A DNA stretch of 64,000 nucleotides, from NCBI GenBank assembly GCA_963730935.1, contig CAVSTP010000004.1:992001-1056000 (forward strand). Reading direction: 5' to 3'. This DNA is from an uncultured Nitrospiraceae bacterium (lineage in GTDB: Bacteria > Nitrospirota > Nitrospiria > Nitrospirales > Nitrospiraceae). Positions within the stretch are counted from its first letter, which is position 1; each line of letters opens with the position of its first letter. The notes under the pieces are model-generated. The model did no database searches. It had not been told where the DNA came from and saw nothing but the letters and a program-made list of their open reading frames with translations. A program made the position numbers and the translations under genes. Below, piece after piece: positions 37,509 through 48,693 of this stretch.

Positions 37509-40286
37509 TCACCGCTTCCTGCGTGATTTGGGAGAGCGGCGGCGGACGGACCGTGCCGATGCCGCCGCCTTCGCTCCCTTCTTGGCTTCCGCTTCGGCCA
37601 GCGCCGCGTGCGCTGCAGCCAGCCGAGCGATCGCGACGCGGTAAGGCGAGCAGCTGACGTAATCGAGTCCGAGCTGATGGCAGAATTCCACTGAACTCGG
37701 GTCGCCTCCATGTTCACCGCAGATGCCGAGCTTGATGCCGGGCCGCGTTTTCTGTCCGCCTGCAATGGCCTGTCTCATCAACGCACCGACCCCCTCCCGA
37801 TCGAGAACGGCGAACGGATCGGCGTCCATGAGATTGGCGGTTTTATAATGGTCGATGAACTTGGCGGCATCGTCACGGGAGAATCCGAAGGTCGTCTGGG
37901 TCAGGTCGTTGGTGCCGAAGGAAAAGAATTCGGCCTCTCCGGCGATGCGGTCCGCCGTGACGGCCGCCCGTGGCAATTCGATCATCGTCCCGATCAGGTA
38001 CGAGAGCTTGACATTGTGACGCTTCATCGTCTCTTGGGCGACCTCGCGCACGAGATCCTTTTGCGACTTCATCTCCGAGACCATTCCGACCAAGGGAATC
38101 ATGATCTCGGGCACGATTTTCTTGCCTTCCTTGGCGAGTTCGCAGGCCGCCTCCACGACCGCCCGCGCCTGCATGCGCGTAATTTCCGGCATGGTGATCC
38201 CTAATCGGCACCCCCGCAGGCCCAACATCGGATTGAACTCATGCAACTCCTCGACGCGTGCGAGCAGCCGGCGTTTTTCTTCCAGCACGGCGCTGTCGCC
38301 GCCCGTCAGTTCCAATCGGGCGATTTCGACCATCAACTCTTCGCGCTTGGGCAGGAATTCATGCAACGGCGGATCGAGCAGCCGGATCGTCACCGGGAAG
38401 CCCTCCATCTGCCGGTATAGCCCGATGAAATCCTCCTTCTGAAGCGGCAGCAGCTGATCCAGATATTTTTCACGCTCTTCTTTCGTACGCGCCAGAATCA
38501 TCTTCTGCATGATGGGAATCCGGTCCTCGGCAAAGAACATGTGTTCCGTTCGGCAGAGCCCGATCCCTTCCGCACCGAACCCGCGCGCGATCTTGGCCTG
38601 CTCCGGCACGTCGGCGTTGGCCCGGACCCGCAGCTTCCGCACGCTGTCCGCCCACGACAGGATGGTCGCGAAGCGCTGGTACTTGTCGGATTTTTTCTGA
38701 TCCAGCTTCCCTTGGATCACTTGAATGATTTCCGATTCGACGACTGGAATATCGCCTTCGTAGACATTGCCGGTGGAACCGTTGATCGATAGATAGTCGC
38801 CCTCACGGAAGGTCTTGGCGCCGATTTTCACGGTTTGACTGTCGAGCACTTCCACGGATTCACAGCCGGCTACGCACACCTTTCCCATCTGACGGGCGAC
38901 GACGGCCGCGTGGGACGTCATGCCGCCCCTGGCGGTCAAAAACCCGTCGGCGGCGTTCATTCCATGAATGTCGTCGGGACTCGTTTCCTGACGGACCAGA
39001 ACCACGCGGCTGCCTGAGGCCTTCATACTGACGGCGCGGTCCGCAGTGAGCGCAATTTTGCCGGCGGCGGCACCTGGCCCGGCTGGCAGTCCTTTGCCAA
39101 GGGGATTGACCTTGGATTCTTCTTTCGTATCGAAGATCGGGTAGAGATATTGCGCCAGCTGGTCCGGTCCGATGCGCAGAACCGCCTCTTCCTTTGAGAT
39201 CGCGCCCTCTTTTACCATGTCGACGGCGATCTTGACGGCGGCAATGCCCGTCCGCTTGCCGACGCGGGTCTGCAACATATAGAGCTTGCCTTCCTGGATC
39301 GTGAATTCCAGGTCGAGCATGTCGCGGTAATGCTTTTCGAGTTTCTTGTATGTCTGCTCCAGATCCTTATAGGCTTCGGGCACGTTCTTCGCGAGGGCGC
39401 TCACGGGCAGAGGCGTCCGGATTCCGGCCACGACGTCTTCACCCTGCGCATTCATGAGGCATTCGCCGAAAAACGCCTTGTCTCCCGAACTGGGACTGCG
39501 GGTGAAGGCCACGCCCGTCCCGCTGGTTTCTCCCATGTTGCCGAACACCATGGCGACGACATTGACCGCCGTTCCCCACGAATCCGGGATCCCGTAGAGC
39601 CTGCGATAGGTAATGGCGCGCGCACCGAACCAGGAGGAAAACACCGCGTTGATCGCCATGCGGAGTTGATCGAGCGGTTCGTCCGGAAAGTCCTTCTTCG
39701 TCTCTTCCTTGACCAGCGCCTTGAAACTGGCGACCAATTCGCGAAGATGGCGGGCGTCGAGATGCGTCTCATGCGCCACCCCCACTTCCGTTTTCTTATG
39801 CTTGAGGATGGCTTCAAAGTGCTCGCGCGGGACACCCATGACGATACTGCCGAACATCGAGACGAACCGCCGATAGCTGTCCTGCGCAAAGCGGTCGTTG
39901 CGTGTTTTCGCAGCGAGGCCTTCGACCGTCTTCGTCGTCAATCCAACGTTGAGCACCGTATCCATCATGCCGGGCATCGAGGCCCGGGCGCCCGAGCGTA
40001 CCGACACGAGCAGTGGCCGTTCAGGATCGCCGAAGCCCATACCCATCGACCGCTCCACGCGCTTGAGAGACTGCAGGGACGCCTCCCACATGCCGGGTGG
40101 ATTCTTCTTGCCGAGTTTGTAGTATTCGACGCAGGCTTCCGTGGAAATAGTGAATCCGGGAGGGACGGAGATCCCCAGATTGGTCATCTCTGCCAATCCG
40201 GCGCCCTTACCGCCGAGCAACTCTTTCATGTTCGAGGTGCCCTCGGCTTTTCCGTCACCGAAGTAGTAGACGTATTTCTTAGCCAC
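37509..40286 (-). CDS. ppdK: pyruvate phosphate dikinase
   Basis: LLGGKGAGLAEM, GGMTSHAAVVAR, GLCRTEHM, FGTNDLTQ, GICGEHGG. Confidence 0.96.
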   Translation of the reverse strand: MAKKYVYYFGDGKAEGTSNMKELLGGKGAGLAEMTNLGISVPPGFTISTEACVEYYKLGKKNPPGMWEASLQSLKRVERSMGMGFGDPERPLLVSVRSGARASMPGMMDTVLNVGLTTKTVEGLAAKTRNDRFAQDSYRRFVSMFGSIVMGVPREHFEAILKHKKTEVGVAHETHLDARHLRELVASFKALVKEETKKDFPDEPLDQLRMAINAVFSSWFGARAITYRRLYGIPDSWGTAVNVVAMVFGNMGETSGTGVAFTRSPSSGDKAFFGECLMNAQGEDVVAGIRTPLPVSALAKNVPEAYKDLEQTYKKLEKHYRDMLDLEFTIQEGKLYMLQTRVGKRTGIAAVKIAVDMVKEGAISKEEAVLRIGPDQLAQYLYPIFDTKEESKVNPLGKGLPAGPGAAAGKIALTADRAVSMKASGSRVVLVRQETSPDDIHGMNAADGFLTARGGMTSHAAVVARQMGKVCVAGCESVEVLDSQTVKIGAKTFREGDYLSINGSTGNVYEGDIPVVESEIIQVIQGKLDQKKSDKYQRFATILSWADSVRKLRVRANADVPEQAKIARGFGAEGIGLCRTEHMFFAEDRIPIMQKMILARTKEEREKYLDQLLPLQKEDFIGLYRQMEGFPVTIRLLDPPLHEFLPKREELMVEIARLELTGGDSAVLEEKRRLLARVEELHEFNPMLGLRGCRLGITMPEITRMQARAVVEAACELAKEGKKIVPEIMIPLVGMVSEMKSQKDLVREVAQETMKRHNVKLSYLIGTMIELPRAAVTADRIAGEAEFFSFGTNDLTQTTFGFSRDDAAKFIDHYKTANLMDADPFAVLDREGVGALMRQAIAGGQKTRPGIKLGICGEHGGDPSSVEFCHQLGLDYVSCSPYRVAIARLAAAHAALAEAEAKKGAKAAASARSVRRRSPKSRRKR

Positions 40287-40311
40287 GCGTCCCTCTCTTT
40301 CCGTACCACTC

Positions 40312-40815
40312 TCAGCGGAAACCGGATGCGTTCCGGGATGCCGCCGGTTCAAGCTGCAGCCGATAGCGACTTACCAGATAGCGTCTCGCCCACATGCCGA
40401 ACAGCAAGACCACTCCCACGAACAGGGCCAGCGCGAGCAACCGAAAATCCGAGCGCACCCCCGGATCGATATAGTAGTGGCCGTCGGCGCCGCGGCGAAC
40501 GGCAATGTCCTTCGCCAAATGGTGCGGCTTCCCCGATGGATCGGCCAGCTTGATCCACTCGGAGCACAACCGCACGGGATCCGGTGCTCCCGTCACTCGC
40601 TCCCAGGTCAATCGGAGACACACATCCTCTTTGGCATTGAACAATTCCGGCGTAGTGACCAGTTCATCCAGATTGATACCGGTGACCCAGACGCCGAAGA
40701 GCAAGACGACATTGCACAACACGATCAGCGCCGCCGTGACCATCCTGGAAAAGCGCCGGACCTTCGCCGCACGCTTCTCGTCGGATTCTGGATGCGGAGG
40801 GTCCGGCAGTCCCAT
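40312..40815 (-). CDS. two-TM hypothetical membrane protein
   Basis: two TM segments flanking a periplasmic Cys pair. Confidence 0.75.
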   Translation of the reverse strand: MGLPDPPHPESDEKRAAKVRRFSRMVTAALIVLCNVVLLFGVWVTGINLDELVTTPELFNAKEDVCLRLTWERVTGAPDPVRLCSEWIKLADPSGKPHHLAKDIAVRRGADGHYYIDPGVRSDFRLLALALFVGVVLLFGMWARRYLVSRYRLQLEPAASRNASGFR

Positions 40816-40850
40816 CTCACTCCCGTCGATTCCGATGGGGCGGCTATCCC

Positions 40851-43022
40851 CTACGTCCCTTGTACCACAATCCGAGAAAAGTCCGCGAACGACGTAAAAC
40901 ACTCCTTGACGTCCTTTAATAAGGACAATCGGTTGCCCCGCAGCGCTGCATCCTCCACATTCACCATGACGTTGGTAAAAAAAGCGTCAATGGCTGGCTT
41001 GAGCCCAACCAACGCCTCCAGCGCCTTGTCGTACCGTCCTTCAGCCATTTCCCGGTGGACATCCGCCCGGCAGACGCCGACCCGGCGGTGCAAGTCGCTT
41101 TCAGAAGGATCCTGAAACCGATCTGGATCGACGGGCCCGGATTCCCACTGTTCCTTCTCGACGATCCGGGAGGCCCGCTTGAACCCGACGATCAGCGGAT
41201 CGAAGTCCGGCTTGGCCGTCACCGCCTGCATCGCCTTCATCTTCAGCAATAGATCGACCAGATCGATTACGCCGGCCGAGGCGGCTCTCAACACGGCATC
41301 CATCACGTCATCCCGGAAGGCGTGCACGGTCCGGCCGTAGTGACGTACGCGCTCAAACAGAAAGTCCACAATGCGCTGACGGCCCTGCTGCGGGGAATCA
41401 GCCATCCCCTTGATGCCGCTGTCGACAAGCAGATTTATGGCGTGATCGACGAACTCACCGACGTTCACGCGAAGGTCTTTCTCCAACATAATGCGCACAA
41501 CGGCGGTCGCATGACGTCGCAGGGCAAAGGGATCCTCGGATCCGCTCGGAATCATCCCGACATGAAAAAACGCCGCGATGGTATCCAAGCGGTCAGCCAG
41601 CGACAAGACCGTTCCGGTCGGAGAGCGTGGCAATTCACCCTCGAGCGCCTTCGGCAGGTACTGTTCGCGGATGGCCTGGCTCACGGCCTCCGACTCTCCG
41701 TCATGCTTGGCATACTCGCCGCCCATGATACCCTGCAGTTCAGGGAATTCGCCGACGATGCCTGTCAGGAGATCGGCCTTACTGAGATGCGCAGCACTAC
41801 GGCATTCATTCAGAAAGTCAGGACTCGAGGGTTGAGGGTAAAGCGCCGGTGCGAGCAAGGAGACCAGTTTGACGAGACGCTCTGCTTTTTGGCCCATCGT
41901 GCCCAGTTTTTGATGGAAGGTGACGCCGCCCAGCTTCTTGACCCGCTCTTCAAGCCGCGTTTTTCGGTCTTCATCGAAGAAAAACTTGGCGTCGGCCAGC
42001 CTGGCAGCTAGTACGCGCTCGTTGCCGGCTTGAATCAGCGACATGTCTTTCAATTGATTGTTCGCCACGGCCACAAAATGGGGAGCCAGTTCTCCGGTCT
42101 TCCCGTCCCGCACGGAGAAGAATCCCTGGTGCTCCTTCATCGACGTCATCAAAATGTCCGCCGGAACCGTAAGGTATTCGGTCTTGAAATTGCCGAGCAG
42201 CGCGAAAGGCCATTCGGTGGTAAATACCGCCTGGTCGAGCAGTGATTCGTCGGGATTGAGACTGACTCCATTCTTGGCACAGATCCGATTGACCTGATCC
42301 TGGATCACCCGCCTCCGCTGCATCGGATCCACCATGACGCCGGCCCGTTCCAGCGCTTCTCGATAGGACTCATAATTCCGCACGGAAATCGGCCCGCCTC
42401 TTCCCATGACCCTATGGCCGTGGGTTCGATTTCCCGCCTTGATGCCCGCCGCTTCCATCGGTACAACGGCTCCATCGAACAGGGCCAGGAGCCAGCGCAC
42501 CGGCCGCGCAAACCGGACAGCCGCCTCATTCCATTTCATCGCTTTGGGGAAGGAGAGTTGCCCGATAAGCAGGTGAAGGAGCTCCAACAAGACGGTTTTG
42601 GCCGCTCTGCCGGCGTCCTCCTTGACGGCGAACAGGTACTCCCCTTTCGGAGTCTGACGCACCTGCAGGTTTTCCACGGACAGCCCTTGACCTGCGGCAA
42701 ATCCGATCGCTGCCTTTGTCGGCCGTCCCTGTGGATCGAACCCCACCGACCTTGAGGGGCCCATGACCTCCTTTTTGATCCCCGTTTGATGGAGAGCGAG
42801 ATTTTCCACGACCAGGACGAGCCTTCGAGGCGTGCCATAGGTTGCAATCGTTCCTGAGGAGAGTCTGGCCTCTTCAAAAAGGCGCGCGGCCGCAACTCGC
42901 AATGAGACGAGGGTGGGAGCGATGAATTGATAAGGCAGCTCCTCGACACCGATTTCCAGCAGCAATTCCGCGCCTCGGGTCCGGGTTTCCGATCGGCTCA
43001 CTCGTCGGCCGGTACGCTTCAT
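40851..43022 (-). CDS. glyS: glycyl-tRNA synthetase beta subunit
   Basis: [39 protein letters not shown]. Confidence 0.95.
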   Translation of the reverse strand: MKRTGRRVSRSETRTRGAELLLEIGVEELPYQFIAPTLVSLRVAAARLFEEARLSSGTIATYGTPRRLVLVVENLALHQTGIKKEVMGPSRSVGFDPQGRPTKAAIGFAAGQGLSVENLQVRQTPKGEYLFAVKEDAGRAAKTVLLELLHLLIGQLSFPKAMKWNEAAVRFARPVRWLLALFDGAVVPMEAAGIKAGNRTHGHRVMGRGGPISVRNYESYREALERAGVMVDPMQRRRVIQDQVNRICAKNGVSLNPDESLLDQAVFTTEWPFALLGNFKTEYLTVPADILMTSMKEHQGFFSVRDGKTGELAPHFVAVANNQLKDMSLIQAGNERVLAARLADAKFFFDEDRKTRLEERVKKLGGVTFHQKLGTMGQKAERLVKLVSLLAPALYPQPSSPDFLNECRSAAHLSKADLLTGIVGEFPELQGIMGGEYAKHDGESEAVSQAIREQYLPKALEGELPRSPTGTVLSLADRLDTIAAFFHVGMIPSGSEDPFALRRHATAVVRIMLEKDLRVNVGEFVDHAINLLVDSGIKGMADSPQQGRQRIVDFLFERVRHYGRTVHAFRDDVMDAVLRAASAGVIDLVDLLLKMKAMQAVTAKPDFDPLIVGFKRASRIVEKEQWESGPVDPDRFQDPSESDLHRRVGVCRADVHREMAEGRYDKALEALVGLKPAIDAFFTNVMVNVEDAALRGNRLSLLKDVKECFTSFADFSRIVVQGT

Positions 43023-43951
43023 CGAGAGGCCCTTTTGACAACGTCGCGAGCGCGGGTTCGTACAGGACTCTCCTCTCGTCCAAGGAGCGGATGCCCCATT
43101 GCCGCGCGCTCTTCGATGTACCGCTCAGCGCATTGTCTTGCTAATGCGCGCACGCGGGCGATGTAGCCGGTGCGCTCGGCGACACTGATGGCTCCCCTCG
43201 CATCGAGCAGATTGAACACATGGGATGCCTTGATGCAGTAGTCGTACGCCGGGAGCGTCAAGCGTTGATCGGTGCGCGCTAATAGGCGCTTGCATTCGGC
43301 TTCGTGGGATTGGAAGGCATTCATCAGCATCGCCACGTCAGCCTGTTCAAAGTTATAGCGGGAGAACTGCACTTCGGTTTCGTGATGGATGTCGCCGTAG
43401 GTGATCTTGTCCGTCCAAGCGAGGTCGAAGACGTTGTTGACCTGCTGCAGGTACATTGCGATGCGTTCGGTGCCGTACGTAATTTCTCCGGTGATCGGGC
43501 TCAGCTCGATGCCGCCGATTTCCTGGAAGTAGGTGAATTGGGTGATTTCCATTCCGTCCAGTCGGACCTCCCACCCTAATCCCCAGGCTCCCAGCGTGGG
43601 CGACTCCCAATCGTCTTGGATGAACCTAATGTCATGCTGCTTCGGATTGATGCCCAAGCGCGTGAGACTTTCCAGGTAAAGCTCCTGAATATCGTCGGGC
43701 GCGGGCTTGAGCACCACCTGATATTGGTAGTAGTGCTGCATGCGGTTGGGATTTTCGCCGTACCGGCCGTCAGTCGGCCGACGGCAGGGCTGCACATAGG
43801 CCGAGCGCCAGGGTTCCGGCCCGAGCGACCGAAGAAACGTCGCAGGGTGAAAGGTGCCGGCCCCCATTTCGACATCGTAGGGTTGATGGACCACACAACC
43901 CTGGTCGGCCCAGAACCGATGTAACGTGAGGATGAGTTCCTGGAAGGTCAC
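43019..43951 (-). CDS. glyQ: glycyl-tRNA synthetase alpha subunit
   Basis: [37 protein letters not shown]. Confidence 0.96.
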   Translation of the reverse strand: MTFQELILTLHRFWADQGCVVHQPYDVEMGAGTFHPATFLRSLGPEPWRSAYVQPCRRPTDGRYGENPNRMQHYYQYQVVLKPAPDDIQELYLESLTRLGINPKQHDIRFIQDDWESPTLGAWGLGWEVRLDGMEITQFTYFQEIGGIELSPITGEITYGTERIAMYLQQVNNVFDLAWTDKITYGDIHHETEVQFSRYNFEQADVAMLMNAFQSHEAECKRLLARTDQRLTLPAYDYCIKASHVFNLLDARGAISVAERTGYIARVRALARQCAERYIEERAAMGHPLLGREESPVRTRARDVVKRASR

Positions 43952-44112
43952 GAACAATCCAGCCGTCGTTCGGGCAGTTCGACTTGAAAAAATGGAGTCA
44001 GAAGCTAGCAGGAACCGCTCTAGACTGTCAAGAAACCGCCGGAGATCAAGGAGTTGCAGCGGAGCCATGGAAATGCGCTTGACGGCATGGTGATGGCTCA
44101 TCTAATGTTCGT

Positions 44113-44137
44113 ATTCTTGATTAACACAGTCGGTAAT
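44113..44137. promoter_or_regulatory. IscR type-1-like Rrf2 operator
   Basis: ATTCTTGATTAACACAGTCGGTAAT resembles ATASYYGACTRWWWYAGTCRRSTAT; 13 nt before the Rrf2 start. Confidence 0.55.
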
Positions 44138-44150
44138 AGAGTTCCCGCCG

Positions 44151-44585
44151 ATGAAGTTGTCCAAGAAAAGTGAGTACGCGCTACGTGCCTTGTTGGAATT
44201 AACGATGGCGCATGGCAAGACGACATTGCAGCGTCATGAGATTGCCGCTCGTCAGCATATCCCCGTAGAATTTTTGGAGCAGATCCTGCTGGCCTTGAAA
44301 CGCGCGGGCTTGCTGTCGAGCCGGCGCGGAATGAAAGGCGGCTATGGGCTGATCAAATCTCCGAATCAGATCACGCTCGGCCAGGTTATCCGGATCCTCG
44401 ACGGTCCGCTTGCACCCATCGGGTGCGTCAGTAAGACTGCCTATCAAAAATGTCGGGATTGCCCCTATTCCGACAATCCTCAATGTCCGGTTCAGCACGT
44501 CATGGGAACGGTCCGGGACGCAATTTCAGGCATCTTGGACCACTACACCCTCGCTGATTTTGCAGCAGGATCTCATCAGGGGTGA
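44151..44585 (+). CDS. Rrf2 family transcriptional regulator
   Basis: YALRAL, FLEQIL..L, SRRG.KGGY, four Cys in C-terminal loop. Confidence 0.92.
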   Translation: MKLSKKSEYALRALLELTMAHGKTTLQRHEIAARQHIPVEFLEQILLALKRAGLLSSRRGMKGGYGLIKSPNQITLGQVIRILDGPLAPIGCVSKTAYQKCRDCPYSDNPQCPVQHVMGTVRDAISGILDHYTLADFAAGSHQG

Positions 44586-44631
44586 CTCATCGAGGGGCTC
44601 TGTGCTCGTCCGGCCCTGGCTGAGCCCACTC

Positions 44632-44824
44632 ATTCATTACGGGACGCAATCGCCGGGTTCCCCCAGGATCTTGTGCATACGCCGAGTCTGTTTTTTCATC
44701 CACGCCCACAGCCACCGTGGACGGCCTGGCGGCGAACATGACCTATTACTTCGCAGTGAGTTCGTACAATGGGCTCCAGAGTACCTGCTCGATCGAATTA
44801 ACGCGCGTGACCGACGCCGCGTAG
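44632..44824 (+). pseudogene. fibronectin type III domain remnant
   Basis: IHYGTQSPGS / PGSCAY...ATVDGLAANMTYYFAVSSYNGLQSTCS...*; frameshift in a C-run; no start. Confidence 0.65.
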
Positions 44825-44971
44825 CGGGCGGGTGTCCGCGCCAGGACCCTCCTTCAACTTCATTGACTCTTTCGCCCTCGGTTTGCTAGCTTCGAATTCT
44901 ACACGCTTCAAGCTCCGTCCCTCCCGAGGAGGACCGCTTTTTGCGATTTCCGTTCCCATACAAGGAGCACC

Positions 44972-46837
44972 ATGTCTGGATCCAAATCATCCAACGAACA
45001 ACTTGCCGCAATTCGGAACGCCGCAACCCACTTGCGCATGGAGAGCGTACGATCGACTAGTGCCGCCGGCAGCGGCCACCCTTCGAGCTGTTGCTCCGCC
45101 GCCGACATCGTTGCCGCCCTGTTCTTCTCCGTGATGCGCTACGACCCGAAGAATCCGAAAGCTCCAAACAGTGATCGGTTCGTTCTCTCGAAAGGGCATG
45201 CCGCTCCACTGCTCTACGCAGCCTGGGCCGAGGCCGGGCTCTTTCCGAAAGAGGACTTGCTGAAATTGCGGACACTCCACTCCGATCTGGAGGGACATCC
45301 CACGCCCCGCCTTCCATTTGTGGACATGGCCACCGGTTCGCTGGGACAGGGCCTGCCCGTCGGCGTGGGTATCGCGTTGAGCGCGAAGTACGTGGACAAG
45401 GTGGATCATCGCACCTTCGTGTTGATGGGCGACGGAGAATCCGTCGAGGGGTCGAATTGGGAGGCAATTGAGGCCGCACGACAGCAGCAGTTGGATAATC
45501 TCTGCGCCATCGTGGACATCAACCGCCTGGGTCAAAGCGATCCCACGATGTTACAGCACGACATGGAGGCCTACCGGGGTCGCTGGTCGGCATTTGGCTG
45601 GCATGCTTTGGTCGTAGACGGACACGATCTGCCTGCCCTGCTCGACGCATTTGAGGAAGCCGCTCGGACGAAGCACAAGCCGACGGTCCTTCTCGCCAGG
45701 ACATTAAAGGGCAAAGGCATCTCGTCCATAGAAGATCAGCCCAACTGGCACGGAAAGCCGATTCCGCAAGGCGCCGAGATGCAAAAGGCCATAGACGAGC
45801 TGACGCACCAACTCCAGCCGAATGGCACAGCACCTATCATTCGGCGTCCCTCCGCCCCTCAGGCTGAAAAGCCAGTGATTAAGCCGTTGCCGGCCCCCAC
45901 GTACAAGGTGGGTGACTCGGTCGCGACGCGCGAAGCGTTCGGCGTCGCCCTGGAAGCGCTGGGCGAGGTCAATCCGCTGGTCGTTGCGTTGGACGCGGAC
46001 GTCAAGAATTCTACCTACACGGAAAAGTTCGGCAAGAAATTCACCAACCGGTTTTTCGAAAACTTCATCGCCGAACAAAACATGCTCGGCGCAGCAGCCG
46101 GCTTAGCCGCTTGCGGGAAAATCCCGTTCGCAGCGACATTCGCCGCGTTCTTTACTCGGGCGTACGACTTCATCCGCATGGCCGCGATCAGCCAGTCCAA
46201 CATCAAGCTGGTAGGGACGCATGTGGGGGTCAGCATCGGCGAAGACGGCCCATCCCAAATGGGCCTCGAAGATATCGCGATGATGGCCACGCAACCAGAC
46301 ATCACCGTGCTCTACCCGTCGGACGGGACCTGCACGTATCGCCTAGTCGAGGCAGCGGCCAATCACAAAGGCATGGTCTATCTACGCGCAGGCCGACCGA
46401 AATCGCCGATCCTCTATGGACCGGAGGAACAATTCCCGATTGGCGGATCCAAGGTGCTGCGCCAGAGCGCAAGCGACGCGCTTACGATCGTTGCGGCGGG
46501 CGTGACGCTTTTCGAAGCACTCAAAGCCTACGACAAACTCAAGACGACCGGCATCTTGGTCCGAATCATCGATCTGTACAGCATCGTCCCGATCGACCGC
46601 ACGACCCTGCTCGAAAGCGCGTCGGCGACGCATGGACGACTGCTGACGGTCGAAGATCATTATGCGCACGGTGGGTTGGGCGATGCCGTGCTCGACGCCG
46701 TCGGGTCCGAAGGCGTTCGAGTCCATAAGCTCGCCGTGCGGGCCATTCCGCACAGCGGCAAACCGGACGAGCTCATCGACCATTATGGCATTGGAGCGCG
46801 ATCCATTGTCGAAGCGACTCAACACATCATCAAGTAA
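44972..46837 (+). CDS. tkt: transketolase (~620-aa short type)
   Basis: GSGHP, SKGHA, ATGSLGQG, GDGE..EG, FIAEQN, GEDGPSQ. Confidence 0.93.
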   Translation: MSGSKSSNEQLAAIRNAATHLRMESVRSTSAAGSGHPSSCCSAADIVAALFFSVMRYDPKNPKAPNSDRFVLSKGHAAPLLYAAWAEAGLFPKEDLLKLRTLHSDLEGHPTPRLPFVDMATGSLGQGLPVGVGIALSAKYVDKVDHRTFVLMGDGESVEGSNWEAIEAARQQQLDNLCAIVDINRLGQSDPTMLQHDMEAYRGRWSAFGWHALVVDGHDLPALLDAFEEAARTKHKPTVLLARTLKGKGISSIEDQPNWHGKPIPQGAEMQKAIDELTHQLQPNGTAPIIRRPSAPQAEKPVIKPLPAPTYKVGDSVATREAFGVALEALGEVNPLVVALDADVKNSTYTEKFGKKFTNRFFENFIAEQNMLGAAAGLAACGKIPFAATFAAFFTRAYDFIRMAAISQSNIKLVGTHVGVSIGEDGPSQMGLEDIAMMATQPDITVLYPSDGTCTYRLVEAAANHKGMVYLRAGRPKSPILYGPEEQFPIGGSKVLRQSASDALTIVAAGVTLFEALKAYDKLKTTGILVRIIDLYSIVPIDRTTLLESASATHGRLLTVEDHYAHGGLGDAVLDAVGSEGVRVHKLAVRAIPHSGKPDELIDHYGIGARSIVEATQHIIK

Positions 46838-46862
46838 ACGGCCCGACGTTTCGACCGACAGT

Positions 46863-47534
46863 TTGCTTGACCACGTACCCTTGCTCAATATTCTGAGCCC
46901 GCAAGATCGTCAACGCATTCTCCCAGAACTGTCGGAAACCCGTTACGGGAAGGACGACTTCATCTTTCGTGAAGGCGATCCGACCGAATATTTTCACATC
47001 GTCAAAGAAGGCACGGTCAAATGCGTGAAATCCACGGCGAATGGCAAGGAGTGCACGCTGAAAATGCTGATGCCCGGTGATCTGTTCTGCTGCGATGCAG
47101 CGGCCTTCGACGGCGGCTGCCATCCAGGCACGGCACAGCCCATGGGAAACGTGAGCATTCTCCGCATGCATCGCAAGGCTTATTTTGACATGCTGAAGCG
47201 CAACCCCGACGCGGCCATGGAAGTGATTAAGTACCTGGGAAATCGGCTCAACGAAGCGCAGGAAAAAGCCAAAATTCTTGCACTGGACCGTGCCGATCAA
47301 CGGTTGGCGGCGCTCTTAGCCGATCTCGGGGCAAGAAACGGCGTCAAGGAAACTCAGGGCGTCAGGCTGCCCATGCGATTAACCAGACAAGATATGGCGA
47401 ATATGATCGGTGCCACCACGGAAACCGTGATCCGCATCATGAGCCGGTTCAAACGTGCACGTCTGGTCTCCGGCACCGCTAATCGTCTCGTGATCTTGAA
47501 CCTCCAACAACTCAAAGCCTTCGCCTCCGGCTAG
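46863..47534 (+). CDS. Crp/Fnr family transcriptional regulator
   Basis: IFREGD, cNMP-like beta barrel, LTRQDMANMIGATTETVIRIMSRF HTH; start uncertain (TTG). Confidence 0.9.
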   Translation: MLDHVPLLNILSPQDRQRILPELSETRYGKDDFIFREGDPTEYFHIVKEGTVKCVKSTANGKECTLKMLMPGDLFCCDAAAFDGGCHPGTAQPMGNVSILRMHRKAYFDMLKRNPDAAMEVIKYLGNRLNEAQEKAKILALDRADQRLAALLADLGARNGVKETQGVRLPMRLTRQDMANMIGATTETVIRIMSRFKRARLVSGTANRLVILNLQQLKAFASG

Positions 47535-47565
47535 CCTCCTGGAGCCTTTTCTTCAGGTTTTTCCT

Positions 47566-47589
47566 AAAACATGACATTCGTCATGTTTT
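47566..47589. promoter_or_regulatory. Crp/Fnr-type operator upstream of nirK
   Basis: perfect palindrome AAAACATGAC-ATTC-GTCATGTTTT; -10-like TATCCT at 47608-47613. Confidence 0.75.
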
Positions 47590-47696
47590 TATGCTTGCAC
47601 CTGCGAGTATCCTCCGCCAGATCCCTCGTAATGCGAACTTTGGGATGGGATGGTTCACGCGATCGCTGCTTTCAATTTCAAGAGGAGACAATCCAT

Positions 47697-48665
47697 ATGT
47701 TCACGGCCCACGCATTTCGCAATCTTGTGCTTGCCACAGGACTGGCAACGATCACTTCCACTGTGGCCTTTGCCAAGACCCATGAAGTGTCCATGACCGC
47801 AGTCGAATCCGATATTGTCATCGAGGGGAGCGGTGACAAATATGCCGCGTGGACCTTCGACGGCCAAATGCCCGGACCCGTCGTGAGGGTGACGGAGGGG
47901 GACACGATCAAGTTCACGTTGACGAATCCTGCAACCAATAAAAATCCACACGCCATGGATTTTCATGCGGCGGAAATCGATTTTCTCAAGAATTATCGGG
48001 CGGTCAATACCGGAGAAACGATCAGCTACACCTTCGTCGCGAAGAAGCCGGGAGTGTTCTTCTATCACTGCGGCGCCCCACCCATGATCCAGCACGTCGC
48101 CCGAGGCATGTTCGGCGCCATCATCGTCGATCCCAAGAACCCCAAGGCATGGCCAAAGGCCGATCGGGAATATGTGCTGGTGCAATCGGAATATTTCAAA
48201 AATCCTGACGACCTCCAGAGCATGTTCGATCGAAAATTCGACGGCGTCATGTTCAACGGCGGGATTTTCAAGTATCACCCCTTTGTGTCAGGCGGTGGAA
48301 AATTGGACGCAAAACCGGGCGAACGTGTACGGATTTATTTCGTCAATGCAGGGCCGAACGAGTTTTCGGCATTCCATCCCATCGGCGAGATCTGGGACAA
48401 CGTCTATGAAAGCGGCAATCCGGCCAACAAGCTCACGGGCGTCCAAACCTACGTGGTGGGACCGGGAAGCGCGGCAACGTTCGATGTCGTCGTCGAATCA
48501 GCCGGCGCCTATCCGTTGGTCACCCATTCGTTGACCGCTGCGCTGCGCGGCGCGATTGCCGTGCTCGTCGCATCCCCCGATGCCAAATCACAGGCACTCA
48601 TGCCGATGGTGCCTTGGAAGGTCTCTGTTCCACAGACTGAAATCACACCGGTGCCCGGCCATTAG
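47697..48665 (+). CDS. nirK: copper-containing nitrite reductase
   Basis: signal peptide; PHAMDFH, YHC..QHV..GM, FHPIG, VTHS provide T1/T2 Cu ligands and catalytic Asp/His. Confidence 0.92.
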   Translation: MFTAHAFRNLVLATGLATITSTVAFAKTHEVSMTAVESDIVIEGSGDKYAAWTFDGQMPGPVVRVTEGDTIKFTLTNPATNKNPHAMDFHAAEIDFLKNYRAVNTGETISYTFVAKKPGVFFYHCGAPPMIQHVARGMFGAIIVDPKNPKAWPKADREYVLVQSEYFKNPDDLQSMFDRKFDGVMFNGGIFKYHPFVSGGGKLDAKPGERVRIYFVNAGPNEFSAFHPIGEIWDNVYESGNPANKLTGVQTYVVGPGSAATFDVVVESAGAYPLVTHSLTAALRGAIAVLVASPDAKSQALMPMVPWKVSVPQTEITPVPGH

Positions 48666-48693
48666 ACGGCGGACATCGACAACAGCTACCCCT

